This document shows positions 55,951 through 64,000 of a DNA stretch of 64,000 bases, piece after piece. The notes under the pieces were generated by a model that did not search any database, was not told where the DNA came from, and saw nothing but the letters and a program-made list of their open reading frames with translations. The translations under genes and the position numbers were made by a program. Positions within the stretch are counted from its first letter, which is position 1. The number at the start of each line of letters is the position of its first letter. The DNA comes from a bacterium (GTDB taxonomy: Bacteria > Hydrothermota > Tepidihabitantia > SM23-42 > JAOAFX01), in contig DAIRCK010000001.1 of the NCBI GenBank assembly GCA_036796695.1, positions 16,539 to 80,538 of the forward strand, read 5' to 3'.

Positions 55951-57300
55951 TCACCTCTTCAACCCATACTTTTCAATTTTATTATACAATGTCACACGAT
56001 TGATACCCAAAACCTCGGCAGCTTTTTTTATATTCCAGTCACAGGTACTAAGAACATTCAGAATATGCTCTTTTTCAACAATCTCAAGACGCAGGTCTTT
56101 TGTGATAAGTTTAGGGATTGAAAATTTATCAATCACATTCCTGGGCAGGTCTTTTTTGCCTATTTTATTCCCTTTTGATACAACGACTGAATGTTCGATT
56201 AAATTTTCAAGTTCCCGCACATTACCTGGCCAATCATAGGTCATCAACAATTCCAACGCATCCGGACTGATTTCTGAAATATTCTTTCTATTCTCTATAT
56301 TGAATTTATTCAAAAAATGTTCTATTAGCAAAGGTATATCTTCTTTTCTCTCGCGTAGTGGTGGAATCTCAATTGTAATGACATTTAATCGGTAATACAG
56401 ATCCTCACGGAAAGTCCCTTTTTTTATCATTTCTTCAAGATTTTTATTTGTTGCAGCGATTACCCTCGTATCTACTTTTATGAGTTCTTTTCCTCCTATC
56501 CTTCTGAATTCACGCTCTTGCAAAAATCTCAAAAGGTCAACCTGGGTCTTGGGACTGATATCACCGATTTCATCAAGAAAAAGTGTTCCCTGGTCTGCCA
56601 TCTCAATCCTGCCTTTGTGCTGACTTGTTGCACCAGTAAATGCACCTTTTTCATAACCAAATAACTCAGCCTCAAGGAGTGTCTCAGGCATTGCACCACA
56701 GGCTGTAGCAATAAAAGGACCTTTATTTCTTGGACTTAAATTGTGAATTGCCCTTGCAACAAGTTCTTTTCCTGTTCCACTCTCCCCCCGGATCAAAACA
56801 GTCGACTTTGTTGGTGCTACAGTCTTTATCAATTCAAAAATTTTTTGCATCTTTGGGCTCTTACCGATAAGATCTTCTAATTGAAACCGCTTTGCAAGTT
56901 CCTTGCGCAAAATTATATTCTCTTTAATAATCTCACGGTGTTCAAACAATTTCTTGATAATAATATTTATCTCTTCAGGATTGAATGGCTTCATAACATA
57001 ATCCGCAGCACCTTCCTTCATTGCCATAACTGCACTATCAACACTTCCATGACCGGTTATTATTATCACTGGTAGATCCGGCTTTATCTCACGCAATCTT
57101 CTCAATAGTTCAATACCACCCATTTTTGGCATCTTCAAATCAACGAGGGCAACATCCCAGTCATCCAACTCTACCTGCTCAATGGCTTTAAACCCATCAT
57201 CAACTGCAGTCGTTTGATAGCCTAAATTACTAAGCCATTCACTTAGGGCATCACGAACAATCTCTTCATCATCAACAATCAAAATCTTATATTTCCTCAT
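55951..57300 (-). CDS. sigma54-dependent NtrC/AtoC-family activator
   Basis: GESGTGKE, GAFTGA, WPGNVRELEN, Fis HTH. Confidence 0.95.
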   Translation of the reverse strand: MRKYKILIVDDEEIVRDALSEWLSNLGYQTTAVDDGFKAIEQVELDDWDVALVDLKMPKMGGIELLRRLREIKPDLPVIIITGHGSVDSAVMAMKEGAADYVMKPFNPEEINIIIKKLFEHREIIKENIILRKELAKRFQLEDLIGKSPKMQKIFELIKTVAPTKSTVLIRGESGTGKELVARAIHNLSPRNKGPFIATACGAMPETLLEAELFGYEKGAFTGATSQHKGRIEMADQGTLFLDEIGDISPKTQVDLLRFLQEREFRRIGGKELIKVDTRVIAATNKNLEEMIKKGTFREDLYYRLNVITIEIPPLRERKEDIPLLIEHFLNKFNIENRKNISEISPDALELLMTYDWPGNVRELENLIEHSVVVSKGNKIGKKDLPRNVIDKFSIPKLITKDLRLEIVEKEHILNVLSTCDWNIKKAAEVLGINRVTLYNKIEKYGLKR

Positions 57301-57311
57301 AGTGATTAAAA

Positions 57312-57383
57312 ATTATACACAAATTACTTTTTAAATCAAGCCCATTATTAACCCCTTGATTTTTTAGTTCTTCTATATATAAT
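57312..57383. promoter_or_regulatory. Back-to-back sigma70-like promoters TTGATT-N16-TATAAT (minus 57312-57339; plus 57356-57383)
   Basis: Both read directly. Confidence 0.65.
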
Positions 57384-57404
57384 TTCACCACTTATGGAGG
57401 CAAA

Positions 57405-57896
57405 ATGATTGATTTAAAAAATTCTGACAACAATTTTAAATGGGAAATTATTAAGCAGGAAGGTGGTGAAGGGTTGCTCAAATGTTTCGGATGCAGTGAT
57501 TGTTCAGCCAGTTGTCCTGTGAGGTATCTTGATGAACGGTATAATCCAAGGAAGATAATCAGACTCACACTCCTGGGAATGAAGAACGAAGTTCTCTCTT
57601 CACCATTCTTATGGCTATGTGCCCATTGTCATGCCTGCACAGAACGGTGCCCACAGGGCATTCATGTCGCAGAGGTCATAAATGCGATAAAGAATTATGC
57701 AGTAAAACAGGGATATTGTCCTGAGGGTTTAAAGGTCCAGTTGAATCTGCTCAATAATTCAGGCAGGCTTTATGAACTTGAAGATTTTGATTTAAAAAAG
57801 AGACAGAGAATGGGACTACCTGAACTTGCTAAAAAGATATCTGATGTCTCAAAAATCTTTGCATCAACCAAGATATTTGAAAGGATTCCAAAATGA
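57405..57896 (+). CDS. hdrC: Heterodisulfide reductase subunit C (second copy)
   Basis: CFGCSDCSASCP, CAHCHACTERCPQG. Confidence 0.92.
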   Translation: MIDLKNSDNNFKWEIIKQEGGEGLLKCFGCSDCSASCPVRYLDERYNPRKIIRLTLLGMKNEVLSSPFLWLCAHCHACTERCPQGIHVAEVINAIKNYAVKQGYCPEGLKVQLNLLNNSGRLYELEDFDLKKRQRMGLPELAKKISDVSKIFASTKIFERIPK

Positions 57897-58747
57897 AAAA
57901 ATATGCATTATTCCTTGGATGCACAGTGCCGGTTCGGGCACAACACTATGAACTTGCAACAAGAAATGTGGCAAAGGAATTTGGTATTGTATTTATTGAT
58001 TTGAAAGAAGGTTCCTGTTGTGGATTTCCTCTCAAGGCACTCGATGCAGAAACATCCCTTTTGATGGCAGCAAGGAATGTGGGCCTGGCAAGCAATCTCG
58101 GGCTTGATGTTGTTACATTATGTAATTCCTGTACTGCGATGCTATCCGATGCCCAGAGTAAATTAAAAGAAGAAAAATTTCGTAGAAAGTTTACTGAACT
58201 CGGCTTTACTTATCCAAATGAAATCAAAGTTCGTCATTTTGTTCGTATGCTCTATGAAGATATTGGCATTGAAAATCTCAAAAAGGCGATAAAGAGACCA
58301 CTCAAGAATCTTAGAATACTTTCCCATTATGGTTGTCATTATCTCAGACCTTCTTATCTTCACTCATTTGATAATGTAGAAAATCCCCATACCCTTGATG
58401 AACTCGTTGGTTTGACCGGTGCCACAACTGTTGATTATCAAGAAAAGAAGTTGTGCTGTGGTGGTTCGGTACTGGGTGTTGATGAAGAACTGGCAGTAAA
58501 GATGGCAAATCAAAAACTTTCGGTAGCAAAAAATAATAATGTGGATGCAATGATCTCAATCTGTCCTTTCTGCACTGTAATGTATGAGGATAATCAGCGG
58601 AAAGTTGAAGCAAAATTCAATACGGTATTTAACTTGCCTGTTCTATATTATCCACAACTCTTAGGACTGGGTCTTGGTCTGGCACCTGATGCCTGTGGTT
58701 TAAAATTCAATCGTATAAAGCCAGATGGAATTCTATCAAAATTATAA
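57893..58747 (+). CDS. hdrB: Heterodisulfide reductase subunit B (second copy)
   Basis: SCCGFP, YGCHYLRP, LCCGGS, CPFC. Confidence 0.93.
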   Translation: MKKYALFLGCTVPVRAQHYELATRNVAKEFGIVFIDLKEGSCCGFPLKALDAETSLLMAARNVGLASNLGLDVVTLCNSCTAMLSDAQSKLKEEKFRRKFTELGFTYPNEIKVRHFVRMLYEDIGIENLKKAIKRPLKNLRILSHYGCHYLRPSYLHSFDNVENPHTLDELVGLTGATTVDYQEKKLCCGGSVLGVDEELAVKMANQKLSVAKNNNVDAMISICPFCTVMYEDNQRKVEAKFNTVFNLPVLYYPQLLGLGLGLAPDACGLKFNRIKPDGILSKL

Positions 58748-58759
58748 AAGGAGTTTAAG

Positions 58760-60871
58760 ATGAGATTAATTCTTTGCCATTGTAACGGTTTGATCAATAT
58801 ATCCGATTTAGATTTTGGTCCTGATATAAAGATTGAATGGTATGATGACCTTTGTAAAGGAGGAGTAAAGACCGGTGATGGTGAAAAGTTGGTGATCGCT
58901 GGTTGTTCTCCATCCCTGATGGAAGGACTATTTCCTGATGCAGATGCTGAATTTGTGAATCTCAAAGACCATATAGTCTTGATGAATCATTCATTAGATA
59001 AGGCAAAGGCATTGCTCAAAGCTGCAATTGAAAAGGCAAAGACAGGACCCGAAATCAAGAAAAAGACCTTTGCGATAAAATCCAGATCCGCAGCGGTGAT
59101 TGGTTCTGGTGTTGCTGGACTCGACTTAACAAAAGCACTGACCACTGCCGGAATAAAGACATATCTCATTGAAAAAGAACCTTTTCTGGGTGGCACAGTG
59201 GCAAAACTTGATAGACTCTATCCTGAAGCCACACCCTGGAGCCATACGATTCTGCCACTGATTTCAGGTGTGGTAAAAAATAAGGATGTCGAGATATTTA
59301 CAAATAGTGAGATAACTGAAATAAAAGGTGAAATCGGAAATTATAAAATCCAGATTAAGATAAAACCCCGGGGTGTGATTGATTGTAATAACTGTGGTGC
59401 CTGTACATCGGTCTGCCCAATAACTGTCCAGGACAATGGTAGAATTCGTAAGGCAATCTATACATTAAACACATATCCAAATATCTATGCAATTGATTTC
59501 AATGCCTGTAATAAATGTGGAGAATGCGTAAAGGTGTGTCCGAAGAAAATAGACCTAAATGAAAAGGAAAAGATTGTTGATATAAATGCGGGAACGATTG
59601 CGGTTGCAACCGGGCTAAAATTCTATGACCTGAAAAAAGTTGAAGAATATGGGTATGGCAGATACCCAAATGTAATGAATGTTCTGGAGTTTGAAAGGAA
59701 GATTGCTGATGGTTCTCTTGTTCCCAAAAAGGTTGTGTTTATCTGTTGTGCTGGTTCACGCGACAAAAACCATCTACCCTATTGTTCAAGGATATGCTGT
59801 TTCCTTGCCTTAAAGGAAGCAAAACTTGTAATTGACCGCTATCCGGATACAAGGGTCTTTGTCTGTGCTATGGATATGCGCAGTTATGGAAATTTTGAAT
59901 ATTTCTATGATACATTGCGTGAACTTGGTGTGACATTTATAAAAGGAAAGCCTTCTGAGGTTATAAAACAGAATGGTAATCTTGTGGTTAAAGTTGAAGA
60001 CCTTTATACGAATGAACTCCTTGAGATTGATGCGGATACGGTTGTCTTAAGCAGTGGCTTTGTCCCTGATAAAGAGACATTTGATAAACTCGGTATAAAG
60101 ATTGATGGAGACTTTCCTGTGTATTTTGAAAGTGGTAAACTTGGAAATATTGAAATGCCCAGAGGAATATTTATAGCAGGCTCATCAAGTTTTCCTGCAG
60201 GTGTTGCTGAGACACTTGTTGATTCAAGAAAATCTGCATTTTCAATCATTAATTTATTACAGAAAGATAATATTGAATCAAACCAGCCCATTGCCTATGT
60301 AAATGAAGATTACTGCAGTGTATGTAAAACCTGTATAAGTGCCTGTCCATACAATGCAATTGTAATTGAGAACGATAAAATAAAAATTCGCCCTGATTTA
60401 TGTATGGGTTGTGGGATATGTGCCAGTGCCTGTCCAGCAGCTGCAAGCAGGCTTGAAAAATTTACGGCAAAAGAAATTTCTGCCTGGATTGGAAATTTAA
60501 CGAAACCAGGTGACATAATCACTCTCCTCTGCAAATGGTCTGCATACAATGCCACAGAGACCGCAGCATATACGAATGTCCATTATCCAGAGAATGTGAA
60601 GATCCTGAGGGTGCCATGCAGTGGTGCAGTAGAACCGAACCATATAATCCAGGCACTGAATCTGGGTGCCAGGGCTGTGCTTATAGGTGGTTGTTATCCA
60701 GATGCCTGCCACTATGCAAAAGGCAATTTTAGGGCAAAGGCAAGAGAACAGATCTTAAAAGAAACCCTGGATTTTTTAGGACTATCTAAAAACTGTGTCC
60801 GTCTCGAATGGATAGGCAGGGATGAGGCAAAGAAATTTGAGCAGATAATAAATGAGATGAATCAGGCATAA
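58760..60871 (+). CDS. hdrA: HdrA-MvhD fusion (QmoB-like architecture)
   Basis: CHC N-terminus, GSGVAG FAD motif, two ferredoxin domains, C-terminal PCSGAV..GGCYPDACHY. Confidence 0.88.
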   Translation: MRLILCHCNGLINISDLDFGPDIKIEWYDDLCKGGVKTGDGEKLVIAGCSPSLMEGLFPDADAEFVNLKDHIVLMNHSLDKAKALLKAAIEKAKTGPEIKKKTFAIKSRSAAVIGSGVAGLDLTKALTTAGIKTYLIEKEPFLGGTVAKLDRLYPEATPWSHTILPLISGVVKNKDVEIFTNSEITEIKGEIGNYKIQIKIKPRGVIDCNNCGACTSVCPITVQDNGRIRKAIYTLNTYPNIYAIDFNACNKCGECVKVCPKKIDLNEKEKIVDINAGTIAVATGLKFYDLKKVEEYGYGRYPNVMNVLEFERKIADGSLVPKKVVFICCAGSRDKNHLPYCSRICCFLALKEAKLVIDRYPDTRVFVCAMDMRSYGNFEYFYDTLRELGVTFIKGKPSEVIKQNGNLVVKVEDLYTNELLEIDADTVVLSSGFVPDKETFDKLGIKIDGDFPVYFESGKLGNIEMPRGIFIAGSSSFPAGVAETLVDSRKSAFSIINLLQKDNIESNQPIAYVNEDYCSVCKTCISACPYNAIVIENDKIKIRPDLCMGCGICASACPAAASRLEKFTAKEISAWIGNLTKPGDIITLLCKWSAYNATETAAYTNVHYPENVKILRVPCSGAVEPNHIIQALNLGARAVLIGGCYPDACHYAKGNFRAKAREQILKETLDFLGLSKNCVRLEWIGRDEAKKFEQIINEMNQA

Positions 60872-60949
60872 AATAATCTTATTTAAACAGGTTAAAATTA
60901 TAAATACAACCCAAAAATCAAAGGATAGGCAATTAACTATATTTAGTTA

Positions 60950-60977
60950 TTGACATTCATTCAATTTTTAGTATAAT
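60950..60977 (+). promoter_or_regulatory. sigma70-like promoter TTGACA-N16-TATAAT
   Basis: Perfect hexamers. Confidence 0.75.
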
Positions 60978-60996
60978 TGCTATACTGGGGGCATTA

Positions 60997-61839
60997 ATGA
61001 TATTATTTTTACTGATTGCTAATATAGGGTTTGAATATCTCCTCGTTGATCCTGTGGCAGAAAGGGTTGGAATGGGCTATGCATTATATGGTGATGGACA
61101 TAACATACATTACAACCCTGCAGGTATTATTTTGAATACTAAAACGAGTTATTCATTTTCTTATCTGAATTATATCGGAGGAACTCATTTTGGTTATGTT
61201 GATTATGAAAATAGCACATTGGGAGCAGGAATAAGATATTTTTATAGTGGAAAGATGAAAAAAACTGATCCACTTGGACAGGAAATCGGAGATTTCAGCA
61301 CAAATTTCATTGATTTGACTGTAGGTAAGGGGTTGGCAATAAATAATATTTTATTGGGTTTTGCCGGTAAAGTCGTTTATGAACTCATTGATACTTTATA
61401 TTCAGCAGGACTGGGCATAGATTTTGGTGGTTTATATTTTCTCTCGCAGGAGAACATTCACCTCGGTTTAGCAGTGAAAAATCTCGGAACGAGTATAAAA
61501 CCATTTATCAGTGAGAATGAATTATTACCGTATGAAATAAATTTAGGTGCAATTTATAAACTCAATCAGGGCTGGATTGGACTTGATATTGTAAAACCGG
61601 CTTTGATGAATTTTGGTTTAAGATTGGGTGCTGGCTATGATTTCACGGATTTTTTAACACTCCGTGTCTCATATAACAGTCTATTATCTCAGGTCAAGAC
61701 TGATTCAGGCCTTGACTTTCTTGCAGGGATATCTATAGGTTTTGGCGTTAAAAAGAATAATATAAATGTTAATTACTCATACACCCCATATTTTAATCTG
61801 GGGCAAGCACATAGATTAACAGTAAGAATAGGAGGTTAA
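60997..61839 (+). CDS. PorV/PorQ-like outer-membrane beta-barrel
   Basis: ERVGMGYA..IHYNPAGI N-terminal motif; alternating aromatic strands; SYTPYFNLGQAHRLTV end. Confidence 0.75.
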   Translation: MILFLLIANIGFEYLLVDPVAERVGMGYALYGDGHNIHYNPAGIILNTKTSYSFSYLNYIGGTHFGYVDYENSTLGAGIRYFYSGKMKKTDPLGQEIGDFSTNFIDLTVGKGLAINNILLGFAGKVVYELIDTLYSAGLGIDFGGLYFLSQENIHLGLAVKNLGTSIKPFISENELLPYEINLGAIYKLNQGWIGLDIVKPALMNFGLRLGAGYDFTDFLTLRVSYNSLLSQVKTDSGLDFLAGISIGFGVKKNNINVNYSYTPYFNLGQAHRLTVRIGG

Positions 61840-61840
61840 A

Positions 61841-62830
61841 ATGTCTCGTATAACATTTGGTATAATACCTGCAATCCTGATAATCATTCTGTCGGTTTTT
61901 TTCTATTTGAGTCCTCAATTCCTCGGACAAAAACCGACAAATGGTAAGGAAGCGGTAACAGAATTGATTAATAAAAGGATTACAAATCTGGGGAATTTTA
62001 TTTCCCGCTCAACATTTGTCCAGGATGCTATAATTGAAAATGATGAGGCAAAACTTTCGGAAATTATTGTGACCCTCAAACAGGATGATCCTGAGATTTT
62101 GAGTGTGAATTTCACTGATAATAAAAACAAGGTCATCGCCTCTTCCAATGCCAATCTCCTGGGAACTGATTATGCGCCCTTAAATCCTGGCAGTTCAAGT
62201 AAAATAGTGGAAAAATCAGGGGTATACGAAGGTGGATTTAGCATCAATTTAGGTGCAACAACGATTGGAACACTCTATATACAGGTAAAACCAAAAATTC
62301 CTGAAATAAAAGTTGCAACTTCTCCAAATCCGATCATTCTTGTTGCGGGCATTGTCATTGCAATAATCACTTTTATCATAATGTTTTCTATGGCTTCAGG
62401 ACTTGAATCCCGCCTTGTTGAGGATATAAATCTCCGTCAGGAAGAGATCTTCCAGCCTAAAATTGAAGAATTGAAAAAACAACAGGAAACAGCGCAAAAG
62501 GCACTGGAAGAGATTAATAAAAAGATTGCCCAGGGCGAGAATAAGATAAAGACCCTTGAGGCAGAATACCTGGCAAGAAAAAAGGAATTTGAATCAAGCC
62601 CGGTTGCGCAGTCAGTTGAGAAACTGAGAGAAACAGAAAGCGAACTGCTCAAAAAACTTGAAGTCTTGAAGACTGAAGAGAATAGATTAAATAACGAAAT
62701 CAATCTCCTGACTCAGAAAAGAGAAGAAATTATGAACGCACTTGAGGCAGAGAAAAAAGAAGAGGCAAGACTCCGTGAAAAACTTGACCTCATAAAAAAG
62801 AAGATTTTACATCTTGAGAGCCCGGCGTAA
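61841..62830 (+). CDS. Hypothetical two-TM protein with periplasmic sensor-like domain and long cytoplasmic coiled coil
   Basis: Hydropathy pattern; E/K-rich heptad tail of about 140 aa. Confidence 0.7.
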   Translation: MSRITFGIIPAILIIILSVFFYLSPQFLGQKPTNGKEAVTELINKRITNLGNFISRSTFVQDAIIENDEAKLSEIIVTLKQDDPEILSVNFTDNKNKVIASSNANLLGTDYAPLNPGSSSKIVEKSGVYEGGFSINLGATTIGTLYIQVKPKIPEIKVATSPNPIILVAGIVIAIITFIIMFSMASGLESRLVEDINLRQEEIFQPKIEELKKQQETAQKALEEINKKIAQGENKIKTLEAEYLARKKEFESSPVAQSVEKLRETESELLKKLEVLKTEENRLNNEINLLTQKREEIMNALEAEKKEEARLREKLDLIKKKILHLESPA

Positions 62831-62874
62831 TAAAGGAGGTAGATAAGCGCCCGTAATAATGGCTATATTTTATT

Positions 62875-63828
62875 ATGAAGAGTCAGTATATTAACGAATT
62901 AAAAGTCGGGCAACTTGTAAAAGAGAAGTTTTTACTCAACAAAAAAATATTGCGAGAAAAAAAAGACGGTGGGTTTTTTACACAACTTGAACTCAGTGAC
63001 CGGACTGGTTCAATTGAAGGGATTGCCTGGGATAATATCAGCGATGAATTGAAAAATATCTCTTCCGGTGATTTTGTATTTGTAACAGGCAGTGTTAGTG
63101 AATATAACGAACGGTTGAGGATAGTGGTAAATTCCATATCGCGCATCTCCGAGGATGAAATAGAACCCGAGGATTTCCTGCCAGTAGTTGAAGCAAACAT
63201 TGAAAAAGTAATAAGTGAAATAAGAATGCTTCTGGAAAAAATAAGCAATCCTTATTTAAAAAATCTAATGATGCAATTTTTGAATAATCCTGAATTTATG
63301 GAAAGATTCAGTCGGGCACCAGCAGCAAAAAAAGCCCACCATGCGGGTATCGGTGGTCTTGCCGCACATACACTGAACCTTATAAAATTAGGCCTCAAAG
63401 CCTGTGAAGTCTTTGAATTTCTTAATACCGATTTGCTCATTGCTGGAAGTTTTTTACACGATATCGGCAAGATTTATGAATATACATATCAGAAAAAAAT
63501 TGACCATACTAAAAACGGTAGAATGCTCGGACACATCGTTATTGGATACGAAATGGTTCTGGAAAAAATTTCAAAGATTGATAACTTTCCTGAGGAATTG
63601 CGTTTGAAATTATTGCATATGATAGTTTCCCATCATGGTGAACTTGAGTATGGCTCACCTATTCTACCGCTTTTTCCTGAGGCTCTGGTTTTACATTTTA
63701 TTGACAATCTTGATTCTAAACTTGAAATGATGCGGGATGAAATAAAAAAGAATAAAGGGACGCTCAGTGCCTGGAGTGATTATCATCCCCTGCTTGGAAG
63801 GGCGATATACCTTGGAACCGAAGACTGA
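62875..63828 (+). CDS. yhaM: OB-fold + HD domain 3'-5' exoribonuclease, YhaM/CBF1 family
   Basis: LSDRTGSI, APAAKKAHHA..GGLAAHT, LHDIGK, SHHGELEYGSP. Confidence 0.88.
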   Translation: MKSQYINELKVGQLVKEKFLLNKKILREKKDGGFFTQLELSDRTGSIEGIAWDNISDELKNISSGDFVFVTGSVSEYNERLRIVVNSISRISEDEIEPEDFLPVVEANIEKVISEIRMLLEKISNPYLKNLMMQFLNNPEFMERFSRAPAAKKAHHAGIGGLAAHTLNLIKLGLKACEVFEFLNTDLLIAGSFLHDIGKIYEYTYQKKIDHTKNGRMLGHIVIGYEMVLEKISKIDNFPEELRLKLLHMIVSHHGELEYGSPILPLFPEALVLHFIDNLDSKLEMMRDEIKKNKGTLSAWSDYHPLLGRAIYLGTED

Positions 63829-63843
63829 TAATTAACCTCCAAA

Positions 63844-64000
63844 ATGAAAATTAAAGAAATCAAACTTTATGGATTTAAATCTTTTCAGGAAGAGACAAAG
63901 TTTCTACTAAATCCGGGCATCACTGCCTTTGTTGGGCCCAATGGAAGTGGCAAATCAAATATCTTTGATGCCCTGAGATGGGTCTTTGGTGAACAGAGTA
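63844..64000 (+). CDS. smc: Chromosome segregation protein SMC, 5' end (partial)
   Basis: [37 protein letters not shown]. Confidence 0.9.
   Translation, partial: MKIKEIKLYGFKSFQEETKFLLNPGITAFVGPNGSGKSNIFDALRWVFGEQS

Noticed and set aside
42316-60871. Selenocysteine readthrough in HdrA/MvhD
   Set aside because: All ORFs are full length with no in-frame TGA at Cys motifs.
597-63607. Numerous 60-165 aa ORFs antisense to or nested in long genes (e.g. 957-1250, 8371-8868, 12714-13151, 30377-30739)
   Set aside because: Shadow frames of well-supported genes, with no motifs or start signals.

Overview
AT-rich bacterial chromosome segment. A WOR-3/FCB-related anaerobe is my inference from PorV-like, FlgD/CTD-type and CHU_C-type domains plus Hdr content; I did not verify the taxonomy. 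About 1-34 kb and 61-64 kb are mostly housekeeping (mnmG, radA, mlaEFD, dnaB, coaBC, rpoZ, birA, ispD-dxr-rseP, surE, smc) with several envelope genes. About 34.4-60.9 kb is a signalling and redox island with two parts. (i) A solute-binding protein / HAMP kinase / sigma54 activator trio, with a matching sigma54 promoter and three enhancer-like palindromes. (ii) An 18.5 kb heterodisulfide reductase cluster: 3 HdrA-type, 2 HdrB, 2 HdrC and 3 MvhD modules, no hydrogenase. Most of it reads from a second sigma54 promoter that also covers an internal phosphorelay. Unexplained structure includes frame-preserving 8-nt-period arrays inside both giant HdrA genes (12 vs 15 units), REP-like palindromes in frame inside two signalling proteins, 7-nt-period inverted repeats that supply stop codons, and a multi-branched cruciform element. 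Fifteen sigma70-like promoters have a 16-nt spacer, and several point to leaderless mRNAs. Three CDSs missing from the ORF track were recovered: an Ig-domain-fused Na/Pi cotransporter, a 57-aa Fis-type HTH protein and the start of smc. No rRNA, tRNA, CRISPR array or transposase was found.
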